Below are positions 52,868-64,000 of a DNA stretch of 64,000 nt, piece after piece. Positions within the stretch are counted from its first letter, which is position 1, and every line of letters begins with the position of its first letter. The stretch is from Lingula anatina (lineage: Eukaryota; Animalia; Brachiopoda): positions 41,174,401 through 41,238,400 of the forward strand of contig CM120641.1 of NCBI GenBank assembly GCA_051362555.1, written 5' to 3'. Position numbers and translations under genes: made by a program. The notes under the pieces were generated by a model. The model was not told where the DNA came from. It ran no database searches and was given only the letters and a program-made list of their open reading frames with translations.

Positions 52868-55555
52868 TTTTTTGAAAATGTTTTTTTTTTAAATTTGCTC
52901 TAATGATGCAGGATATAGGTTTGTAGTTTGTTGCTGTACATAATATGTACTCTCCCTCTTTTTCTTACCATATACATTTATTTATTTCTTGGTGTTTTTA
53001 TTCACATCAGGCAGCAGTGAAAGAACAGCATGAGCAGTTATTAAGAGTTAATGATGAGTTAAAGACAAAGATTAACCATATTAGAGCATCCAGGGCAGAA
53101 CAAGAACCAGAATTGAAAAAGGTAAACTGAGGTTATATAAATTTTGTTGTCATGAATATAACGGTCCATATCTGAACCATACCTAATTATTAAATAAACT
53201 TCTTTTTCATATTTGGGAAAGTACTTCTTAAGTATTTGTGATTTTACGTTTTAAAACTGAAATGTTTTATTCTTGACTTTAATTGATTTGTGAATTTTTG
53301 CATCCTTTGAATAATTTTTTAATAATGTTTATTTAATTTGAAATACCAACATATGTTTTCAAAAAAGAATACACATTTTCATTTCTTTCTTTCTGCAGCT
53401 TCAAGGAGAATTTGAAGAAATGAGTATGAAAATTGAGAAGCACCACAAAGATCAACTTACTCTGCAGAAGACACTGAAAGAGATGAAAGAGGGCATTGCA
53501 GAGAAAAAAGCTTCCATTGTAAGCAACTTTAAATATTAACTTTTGAATCAGATTTTTATATTGCTTAGTTAAATTATATTTTAAACATGCCTCAAGACAT
53601 TAGAAGGTATTTATAAGTAAAGAGAAATTGCAGTTAGATTATTGCACTGTATTAACATTGGTTTCAAAGTGGTCATATTAGCACATGCTTTGTCAGTAGC
53701 ATTGCGGTAGCTTAGTAATTCACATGCAAATTTTAGGATCATCTTAAAGTCCAAATGCTTAGTGCCAAAGAAGAGGGTGATCGGCTATCAAGGCAGATCG
53801 TCCAGTCCCCCGAGCGAATGAAGACAGAAGGGGAACGCATGAGAAACCAACTGATGCAGCTGAAGATGACAAAAGAAGAGCGACAGCAGAGGGGTCTGGA
53901 ACTTAGGCAACAGGTGGAGCGTCTGGAACAGATCGACAGCCACTGTGAACAGGGGGTCAAACTCATCACTGGAATAGACACAGAGCTGGAGAGGGAAAGG
54001 TACCACCAGCAGTCTTATCTCTTGTGGATGGCATCATTGTGTAGTATATATAGTATGAGTCATGGGGATGGATGTTATAGTCGGTTATCTGGATGCTGTA
54101 TGCACCTTTTGAAAACTGATATAATTTACATACATACTCCTTTTTCTTTCCAGCTGAATTTCTTCTACACCACAGCTATAACAAAATTCATAGAATTCTA
54201 TTTCTGTCATTTCCGTTCATGTTGCTGGAGAGTTTTAGATCTCATGATTTCCATCATTTTACGTTTAGGAAAGATTTAATTTATAACTTCTGACATTTCT
54301 CTTCATATTTAAGAGAAATCCCGGATTTAATATTTCCTTTCATTTAACTTAATTTTTCAGAGTAGTCCTGAATTTCATAAATTTTGCGTCATTTAATTTC
54401 ATTTCTAATTACAGGAAACTGCTAGACTCGTTTCACTTTCAGGGAAGTGCTGATTTTATGATATCTGATATTTCTCTCCATATTTCAGAGAAATCCTGGA
54501 TTTTATTATTTCCGTCATTGCACTTTATTTTTAAGAGAAGTCAAGAATTTCCAATTTTCTCATTTCATTTCTTATTACCAAGAAGTACTGGATTTGATAA
54601 TTTCCATTAATTCACTTTATATAACAGAAAGAGTCTTGCATTATTTGATTTCCATCATTTCAATTCACATGTACCAGAAAAAGTGAGATTTAATAATCCC
54701 ATCCCATATTTCAGGGAGGTGTTGGCAGAAGTGACCAATATCAGGGACAGGGTCCAGAGCCAAAAAGATGTCCTGAGAGACCTAACCGCCAAAGAGCAGC
54801 AGCTGCGGCGCATGCTGTCCACCAAACAGGAGAAGATGGCCAAGTTAAATATCCAACTTCAGAACAAGGTGTCTGCTGGCATGGAGACGCTGGAGCAGTA
54901 CAAACAGTAAGCACATGACTGTTGTGGTCAGAGGCCTGTTTACACAGGAATTTTTTGACCAAATTTGGTCTCAACTTTTAGACCAAAATAATACATTTTT
55001 GACGACTTTGAATACTACATTAAAGTAGCTGTTTTGAAAGAAAAGAGAGAAATAGCATCTGTTTAAGACCAGTACCGAAGTGGACTAGTATAGATTTATA
55101 GTGAACTGAATTAGAGCAAATCTTGGTCTTTTTTAAGGGAAAGGGCACATTATGCAGCCTTGCAAAGTGAAGATGAATCGCAGAAAAAAGCTATAGAACA
55201 ACAAAAGCAAGCACTAATGGAAGAGGCAGAAAATAACAGGAAACAACATGAGAAGCTTATGACTGAGATGGCACATGAAAAGTCGCAGTTGCTGGAACAG
55301 GTATATCGAGTCTTTGAGATAATTTTTTCTGCTACCAATGTTAGTGCAGATGAACCTGGCTAACTTGCCAATAGGCCTGATTTTGTAGAACACACCCTGC
55401 AGTACAAATTGTTGATAAAATTCTTACATCTGTCCCATTTTTTTTTTCTGAAAACTTTGATAATTTCTTTTTCTTTTTTTCAGCTGGATTCCTACCATAC
55501 CACACTAGGTATCAAATGGCAAGAAGTGGCACAGAAGATCCAGGCTAATTCATAG
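50905..55555 (+). CDS. NUF2: Kinetochore protein NUF2 (NDC80 complex), 450 aa
   Basis: Coding exons 50905-51018, 51271-51345, 51603-51685, 52325-52386, 52695-52792, 53011-53121, 53399-53518, 53737-53999, 54715-54906, 55138-55300 and 55484-55555 total 1353 nt with consistent phases. Motifs: YMFPVL at the N-terminus, CGVQDFKLRDLVEPKPKRTVRLVSALINFSRF (CH domain), IVQSPER in the coiled coil, and a coiled-coil C-terminus. Confidence 0.95.
51821..51870. repeat. 20-bp minisatellite, about 2.5 copies
   Basis: TGTCACTTTACCCGACCAAA / TGTCACCTTACCAGACTAAA / TGTCACCATA. Confidence 0.75.
52826..52870. repeat. (TTTA)n microsatellite
   Basis: Directly visible. Confidence 0.9.
54230..54714 (+). repeat. Degenerate tandem array (about 45-bp units) in a NUF2 intron, each unit ending like a 3' splice site
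   Basis: Pyrimidine-rich tracts end in AG at 54268, 54313, 54360, 54414, 54442, 54488, 54535, 54583, 54627 and 54677, ahead of the inferred true acceptor at 54714. Confidence 0.75.
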
Positions 55556-56694
55556 GGGATTTCAGCTCAAAGTTTGGCCAAATTTCAAGAGTGACTTTTT
55601 ATCTACCTTGATCTAAAACGTAGACATTTGAGTACTGGTATGCAAGCCACTGTGTGCTGAATACTGCCATCTGGGTGAGACATAGCTTCTGTTATGATTA
55701 AAATCGCAAATAATAAGACACTTTATATTCAAACTGCTAGATACTTAAAGCAGTACTATTACTTAGTTTGGGAAATGTTTATGGCTGTTCGAGATTGGAT
55801 TACTGATTGCTGTTGTAATCACCATCTCTATTTTTGATCAAAACTTGGTGTAGAATTGTCACCTGCTGTATTCCTAGTCGGGAAATTTGTCATCTGAACA
55901 CCCCTTCAGATTTGCTGTATATACTGTAAAAAAAGTAAATGCCAAAACAGATTTTCATGAAAGGCTATTGTAAATATATCATTTTAGGGACAAGCCTGGA
56001 AGTTGTGTGAAGGTTAAAAAAAAAACAGAACTGTTAGAATATTGTATATCGAGGAAACCAAATTAAGGCAGTCGTTGGCAGGTTATAGTGTGCCAATAAT
56101 GTAATGACACTCAAAATATTTCCACGAGAAGAGGTTATATTTTTTTATTACATTCACAATATATATCCCTTGTTGTACTATTTTCTTTTCCCGTTTTCAA
56201 GTTTTGTACAGACACATTTATGAATAAGATTGTTCATGATTCCAAAAAAATAGGATTTCCTGATGTATTAGTAATTATGGTAATCACTTACTTTGGAACA
56301 ATTATTAGTGCATCATAAAGCTGAATGAAGTCATCTCTGCATTTGTTAGTTTTAGCTGGCTTGATCTCTTTTTTGTAAGTCATTCATTTGTGATTGTACA
56401 TAAATGGTTGATGCAGTGACAGACTTATTAATTTTTTGTTAAAAATTGCAAGTTACATTAGATTGCAAAAGACGTGATAGTAAAACACTTCTTTATTATG
56501 TAAATATACACATATACATAGGGATACATACATATCTATAAATAAATAGCATTATTCAAAACTAACATTCAGGTGTTCTTCATTGTCTGAGACCATCAAG
56601 GAACTTGATCAGAGAAAACAATATTTACAACTAAAATTTGTGTTCCTCGCCAAATGATCAAAAAAAAATTATCAAAGTGTGACAGTGATGGCTG

Positions 56695-57603
56695 TCAACT
56701 TTCCCCATCTTTCTTACTATAGTTTCTGATCTTTGGTTTCTGTGATTTCTTTGGCATTAACTTCCCTGCAGCTTTATCTGACAGTTTTTTGTCTGGTTTG
56801 CCTTTGTGGTCAACAAAGCTGGGTTTAGTTCCCTGAACTGACCACTGGCTCGATGGGCCACCTTGACCGTGGTCACTTTTTCTGTGGTGGGGGTCATAAT
56901 GGTCACTTTGTGGCCAAACTTGTCCATTGTGTGATAGCTGATCAGAGCCTAAAACACAGTAAAAAGTTGTTATAAAAAATAACAGAGTGCAGAATGCCTT
57001 ACGCTATATATACTCATGTTCAGAACCAAGGTTTCATTTTCAAATTTCTAGATATATAAGCAATTAAAAAAAAATTAACTACATACACATATGGTATATT
57101 GTATAATTGCCCCACAGTTTCCTAGATTTTAAAAATGAAGGTGGCACCATCAGATCAGATTCTGAAGTTGAAGCACCTGTACTAGTGTTAACCACAACAA
57201 AAGTATTCATCTAATTGAAAAGACATTTGAGGTAAAGCTATCATGTCACTGACCATTATAATGATCACATTTCGTTTCTTTCCCAAGCTTTCAAAGTAAA
57301 TATATAAATATGTAAATCTGTATTTTTCATAAGTCTAGGAGAACAAAATTATGACCATACCAATCCCCACATTGCTGTCCCTGGGGGTGAACAGAGATGG
57401 GCTCTGGCCTTCATCTAGCATCCTCCAAACCTCTTGCAGGGACTCTCCCCCCAGGGATGACCCTGTTGCCAAGGGTACAAAGGGGGAGGAGGTCCGCTGC
57501 AGACCATTCTGTCCTGGCTGACCTGGGGCAGTGGAGGGTCTGGAGTCTGGAACTGGAACGGGGTCCCAGGTCCCTGGCGCACTTACGGGTCTCACTGAAG
57601 TGA

Positions 57604-57639
<36 letters not shown>

Positions 57640-58286
57640 TATAATAATAATAATATAGTCTTATTTACTTTGTTGTTTGGAACTGAAATAGGTTATTATG
57701 ATGCCAGAGCTGTTATTTTTTCAGATATATCTCATATTTATTTTCCTGGTCACGAATACCCCCCCCCCCCCTCCCCATCATTTCTGTTCCATACCTGGAT
57801 AGCCATATTGGTAATTCTGCTCCACATCAGACTGCTGTCTCTTCAGAATGGACTGTGGTCTGTACTCCTCTTCCTGGCTCTCACTGGAGCTGGGTTCTAG
57901 AAGCATGGCTGTCATGGCTTCATCTCCTGCAGGTGCCCTTCTTTGCTGGGCTAATTCCTTCATGATATAAAGATGTTATTTTTTATTTTACTTACATTTA
58001 CAAGATATACCAGAACAACAGAAAGTGCACAGTTACAATGAATACACAAAGATGATGTTGTTCTGTTCCTTGAAAACAACATAAACTACAACGCAATTTT
58101 CCTGACAATATAACAATGATACCTAAGCAGAAAAGACTGTTTCATCTTTGTTATATTTGTAAACAAGATGTAAAGTGTGACTCAGTTTTGCAAGAGAATT
58201 AAAGCACATATGTTTGTCTTAATTTTAAAGCTATTTTCATGAAAATAAGCTTCTGAAAGAAATAAAGCTGCTAATAAAAAATATCA

Positions 58287-58318
<32 letters not shown>

Positions 58319-58320
58319 AA

Positions 58321-58356
<36 letters not shown>

Positions 58357-58361
58357 AATAA

Positions 58362-58396
<35 letters not shown>

Positions 58397-59765
58397 ATGC
58401 AGTTTTCCTTTCCACCATCTCCTTTCTAACAAATCTTTTCGTTTCCAATCTATTTTACCTGCTTGGTGAGTTGATACTGCAGCTGTTCAAGCTCTGTAAG
58501 TTTATTTTGTACTGCCTGTGATATTCTGCCTGTTGCCATTGGTTTAGCAGGTGCTGGCAGTGGCGTTACTTTGGGTGGAGGTCTGGGAGGGGTGGGTAGC
58601 CTTATGCCTGAAATTCATGATGTGTAAATTCTGCTAAAATGGTCACAATCTTTTCACAAGAGGAGAATAGACATTGAAATATTGGAGTGGAAAAAAACTT
58701 GATCTCATCTGCTGTCATAAAGAAACTATATATTACTCTTTAATACCAGTAATAATATTAGAGTGCTAAGCAAATCTTGACTGGACAGCAGAAAATGCAT
58801 AAAAAGTGACTGGTCATGATAATTTGAAATATTATGTCACATTCTTCGCTACACAACGTCAAAATTATCTAATGCTTGGAAATATACCAAATCTAAACAA
58901 AAATATACAAGTCACAGAAATTCTTTATTCATGAATGGCAATATATAATCTCTAGAGCAGAAAAACTTAATTTTGTCATCTGTTTATAAAGAACATTCTA
59001 CAAAATTCAGTCTATTTTTAACTTAAACAGACAAACAACCTTAAAGAAAAACATTCTTGTTTCATCTACATGCTGAAGAGAATACTTTTTTATTTAAAAT
59101 AATGGTGCCCTGTGCCACTCTCTCCCTTTTTCACAATTGACCCACCGTGATTCATGAGTATTGCCCTCTGCCTGTTCCCAACCTCTATCAGTTGTTGTTT
59201 CTCTTTCGCCAACTGCGTGATGTGCTTGGCAGCTTGTTTTAGCTTGCTACGAAGTTGATCAACTGTCGCACCTTCCGCAGGGCCTCTGATTGGTTGGTCA
59301 GGGATCATGTGGTCAGGTCTGCCGGCGAGTTTGTTTTGTAGTCTTTTGATCTCATCTTCCAACTGCTGTATCATGAGTTCCTGAAAAAGATAATAACTAA
59401 CAGGAATAAATGAATACATCTAAAAAAACTTGAAAAAAATCATGTAATATATGATAAACTTTAATATGTATATACCAATTAAAAGTAAGTGTTTGCTCCA
59501 CCTGTCTATTCCATTACAATGCTGAAATCAAGTATCAATTTTGGGGGATTATAATTGCAAATCTGAATACAGTTACTTCTGAAGTGTCAAAGTTCCATTA
59601 TATTTAAAGTGACTCCATGGTTAACAGTGTTCATATCTCAATGTAGAGTGGCATGCAAATCCAATACCAACCAGTGCAAGTTGATGCAAGTGATGTATTA
59701 CGTACCTGACCTCCATAGTTTATTCCTGGCGTCTTCTGTGCCAAGTCAACTTTGAGGCTTGATAA
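56695..59765 (-). CDS. CCDC57: Coiled-coil domain-containing protein 57, 3' part; last 6 coding exons
   Basis: Exons on the minus strand 59765-59706, 59380-59146, 58607-58459, 57957-57795, 57594-57361 and 56948-56695 join in frame. Motifs I recognise from CCDC57: KLKQAAKHITQLAKEKQQLIEVGNRQR, KLTELEQLQYQLTKQEL, SLQEVWRMLDEGQSPS and terminal PKIRNYSKKDGES*. Upstream exons were not found in 59766-64000. Confidence 0.85.
57604..57655. repeat. (AAT)n microsatellite next to a CCDC57 acceptor
   Basis: Directly visible. Confidence 0.9.
58287..58398. repeat. (AAAT)n microsatellite
   Basis: Directly visible. Confidence 0.9.
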
Positions 59766-59773
59766 CTACAAAA

Positions 59774-59804
<31 letters not shown>

Positions 59805-62800
59805 AGGAAAAAAGAGTAAAAAGTGTGTGCCACTCAATTGAAAGTTCTGGATCAATTACATGCACGCACACACACACACACACATTAAACACGCATGTAC
59901 ACACTCAATGAAAACAACCATTTGGTATTCGCTGAAAACTGAAATACAATCATCAAATACGTGGACCCGAGATAAGTTAAAAAGACTTAGCCTAAGTCTT
60001 CCTTTTTTTCTTTTGAGCAGCCCTGTATTTCTTCTCTAAAAAATGATGTTCATAAACCTTCTTAAAACTTGCAATTCTACATGAAGTTTAAATCCAAGGA
60101 ATATGCAAAATTAACTGCTTGATGCTGCATACAATAAAGTTATTTCTGAGTTTGGAACTTTAAACCATAGAAAATAATAATAATACAGAGCAGATGCAAG
60201 CACAAGAAAATGTATCAATAACATAATGATTTTTTTTTTTTTTTTTTTGCAATGAAATCCCACCTCTTTTGTGTTTAAATTTCTGACTTCCACCTCACGT
60301 ATCAGAGCCATTATAACAAAGCATGTCTCCAGCGCAGGTGGACACTATTAAGTGCGAAATAAAGGTCAATATCATAAGCCCCTAAAACATTTCCATCCAA
60401 AGAAAGTGCTACATTTGACAAGAAAAAAAAGGTTAATGGCCATGAAATATTGCAATCAAAATTTATAAATAACTCTGACCGATATCAAAGTCATTATGTA
60501 GCAAGCTTGATCTCCCCTGAATAAATTAGGCATTTTTTTTTTACTTTGTTTCTTGTAATCCATTATTATTCTTGTCAGGCAGCAAAACAATAACAAATTT
60601 GTAGAGCATCTTGAACAGCTGACACCAAGCACAGCATGGTCGTTGTTTGACACTGTAAACACATGATTTTTATTCAACATAGAACTTTGGCAAAGTTTCA
60701 TGAAAAATAAAAAAAAGCGGGAAATAATTTCCATGTGCTCAAGATTCACCTTTTCAAACTTTCATTCATAAATTTTCTGTATATAAGTATTTTTTAAGTT
60801 AAGGGAAGAAAAAAGTGATATATTCCCTTATAAGAATAATCAAGCCACTTATGGACATGATTTTCAAGAAGTTTATAAGGAGAAGCTTTTGTGCTTGGAA
60901 TAACCTTTTGTTATTATGCATAACATATGAACTTCAGCACAAAAACTCTTCAAGGTTGTTCTAGATATAGGACTCAATTAACATACAGTCTTGAAAATGC
61001 TTGACAATGATGATGTTGTGTATGTGCATGCGCGTGTGCATGCATGTGTGTGGGTGCAAACATGCATGCAGTTTGTTAATTTCTGTGTAAGTGTCAACAT
61101 CAAGTAAATGAAACTAGGATAAAATGCTATCAACAAAGACAATATCAAAATAGAACAGAAAATAGAGTTTGCAAACAAGTAACTTTCTGCTTCAATGCTG
61201 AAATGTTAATTTCATTATTAACAGAAAAGAAAACTGCTATTCTGCTATCAATTATTAGAATATTCTCCTATAATGTCTGAAAGTCATTATTAATGCATAA
61301 TTCTTTTTTTTATATCAATCCAAACATGCAGCAGCATCATCAAAGTCTGGGAGGTAATTATGTTAAGTAGGTGTAGCTGCAGAACAGAATGGGTTCTATG
61401 AGTCATTAATTCCAGAGTCTAAAGAAAAAAAAATGACTCAACATTCCAAGGGATGTTCATATTATCTTGCTTAATATTCTCACAGTCCACCCAAATCTTA
61501 AAGTTGACAACTTAAGGTGGGTATGGGAATTTTCATCTGAACCAGGAATTATATGACATCACAAACACGCCAAAAACATGACAGTCGTATCATGCAAATG
61601 ACTCTTTTCAGTCACTTGACAAGTTGGCTAATGGCTTTTCATCAAGGAACAATTAGCAACGAATCTTACAACCCTTGCGTTCCAGTCAAGTTTTGCCCGT
61701 TGTTAACTGTAACCACAAAGTTGGCCGAAAGAATGCAGTGAAAAATTAGGTAAACCTTGTGAGCTGTACCATACTCCCATTATGGCTTGCCTAGCATAAT
61801 AATAAGACGGCTGAAGTGGGAGGTGATACTGTCACTCATAAATAAATCAGAGGATCTACAAATGTCCCCAGTATTAGGGGGAAACTACTTGACTGATTCA
61901 GTGTGAGGCTCCGACACTATCCTTAATGGACAGAATATTTTCGTGTCAATGTTTTACTCTTCGGAGTTACATTAAGTGAATATCATACAAAAGATAAAAG
62001 ACTCTACTTAGAAACTTTTGGAACATGGAAGATTCAGTCTAACAAGAAGGTGAGTTTGAAAGCCGTACAGGCAATGTCTGCCACTGCCAGTTGTTTAAAA
62101 ACCAATTGGTGTCTTTGGTGTCTTATTCTGGCACGTTTCAACATAATAAATGGGTTATAAGAATATAAATCTTAACCCATAATGAATAATGTCACCAACC
62201 ATAACTTCTCGAAAGTTAATGTTTACAAATCAAGAGAGTAGTTCTAAGAAATTTGTGGGATTAGATATGGAAAAATATTCAATGGACATTCTTTTGATCT
62301 TTATATTAATTTTCTTGCCCTCAGGAACTATCAGCCTACTAATTAACCAAAAAATACTGTTATACTATTACTTACATTATTTGAAAATTGTATTCAGCTG
62401 ATAAGGAAAAAAAGTACTGTCTATATTATTTTCAGTGCTGACAAATATGGTATCTTTATACACAGGCAGAACTCCCTGTTCATCAGGCATGTGACAGATT
62501 TCCAGGACATAAAAACATGTCCCAAAAACAAAAGAACTGATACTGTCTATCTAAGTCTTCACTATCCAAGAGATGAAAGTGGACCTATAAAAAAACAATC
62601 ATGAAAATGCAAGCCCCATTGGCACGGTGCTCTTTATGGGGGTCTGGGTGTATAAATACAACCCCTAAATTTCGGTATAAATTTGAAAAACTTTTATCTC
62701 AAAAGACCAAATTTTATTGCTTTTCTTTTTCTTATAAGCTGAAAATCTAGTTTCTGTTATTGGGTAATGAGGACAGTTTCACAAAAACACTTTATGCTCA

Positions 62801-64000
62801 AAGATGGCTCTTTACTTATAGACTAAAATTCTGGTCTACTTCAATTGAGGTGTGAAGCAGTACACTAAAATAGAATTATAACTATTACAAAGGTCTACAG
62901 TACCAGCAACTTTCTCATATTAAACAGTTGCAATATGTCATTTCATTAGCCTATTACTGATATATTTATTTACACAAAGTTAAGTCATTTTGTGAAACAG
63001 GTCCCAATTTGAGATTTTGCCAACTGACAAATGCTTGTGCATCTTAAACTGGCATTGGTATCCTTTCAGCATTTACTTTGGCCTTATTTTCCATGCCCAA
63101 TTTAGCAAGTAGTGAAAAATTAAAGGTTGTCACTCTGCAAACAAGAATAGTGGTGTTTATTTTTGTTAATACATAACCATTGCAACCATTTTTATACTTA
63201 TTTACAGAAAAAAATTAATCCAGAATCGCACCTTCTCACCTTCTGCACTACTTCTGCTATGTATAAACTGCTACATTTGGTATGGTCCATATTTTTTCCG
63301 AAAGAAATTCCCTAAATGTTTAATAGGCCATCTTCAAATTTTTAAAGCAAAACTGACCAGTATTTTTTCCTAAGGTTTACTTAGCAACAAATGATTAGTA
63401 TATAATTTTCTTAATGGGACAAGCTCTTTTTTTTTTGCTGACAATACTTAGCTTAAAACATCAAATGTTTCAGTTACACTTAATTATGGAATTACACTCT
63501 GTTTTCTATCTTGAATCATATAACCAATTCTCTTTAAATTAAATGATAGAACAGAATATTTACAAAATATTAACTGCACACAATGAGTTTTAAATCTTTG
63601 CATAGAAAAAAAATTCTGAAAACTTCTGCATAGATTTTGGATTAGGTACATGTATTTCCAGGAATTTTTTCTATTGGCTTTATAAAAGGGAAATGAACTC
63701 TGTATGCCTTCAAAGATAGATAAGCACATTTAATAAGACTAGAGTGAAAGTAAATAAGAAATTTCAAGAATACTTGAGTGTCTGTGAGAGAAGTTAATAA
63801 GGAATAACACTTATCAATAAGGAAAACACAATTTAAAAAAATTAAACTAACACCAAGAACACAATCTCTGAGGAAGAGGCTACTGAAAAAAAAAACTATT
63901 TCAATTAATTTTACAGGGCATCATCTAAAAAGAAAAGAAAAGAAAAACAGCATAGCACCAATAATATTTGCGAATCAGCGAAAAGCTAATAGAGAAAAAG

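Noticed and set aside
54000-54279. 174-aa ORF 53755-54279 as a stand-alone gene
   Set aside because: It is a NUF2 exon reading through its donor into the intron; coiled-coil character stops at 53999.
54230-54714. CRISPR-like repeat/spacer reading of the periodic array
   Set aside because: Units are degenerate, with no identical repeats or unique spacers; the context is a eukaryotic intron with no cas genes.
60111-60311. ORF MALIREVEVRNLNTKE as an upstream CCDC57 exon
   Set aside because: No good acceptor and no similarity I recognise to the expected CCDC57 segment.

Overview
AT-rich animal genomic DNA with spliceosomal GT-AG introns; the protein sequences suggest a lophotrochozoan, probably a mollusc (inference). 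Four genes were rebuilt exon by exon with consistent splice phases. (1) The last three exons of a calexcitin / sarcoplasmic Ca2+-binding EF-hand gene (+, 3418-4940). (2) A complete two-RRM couch potato / MEC-8 / RBPMS-family splicing regulator (-, 31496 to 8621, 10 coding exons, about 336 aa). (3) A complete kinetochore NUF2 gene (+, 50905-55555, 11 coding exons, 450 aa). (4) The last six exons of CCDC57 (-, 59765 to 56695). Also present are a hairpin MITE with a CTG target-site duplication (TSD), a 5'-truncated RTE-type LINE with an 11-bp TSD next to the NUF2 promoter, microsatellites and G-tracts. Most ORFs in the supplied track are spurious intronic or intergenic frames. I found no prokaryote-style novel system. 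The best leads are RNA-level: a dense CAC/GCAC cluster around an RRM1 exon of the cpo/RBPMS gene (candidate autoregulation), several frame-compatible alternative splice choices in that gene, an array of about 10 decoy 3' splice sites in a NUF2 intron, and a CpG-poor 14-kb gap that may be a hidden transcribed intron. Gene identities come from my recognition of family motifs; no database search was run.
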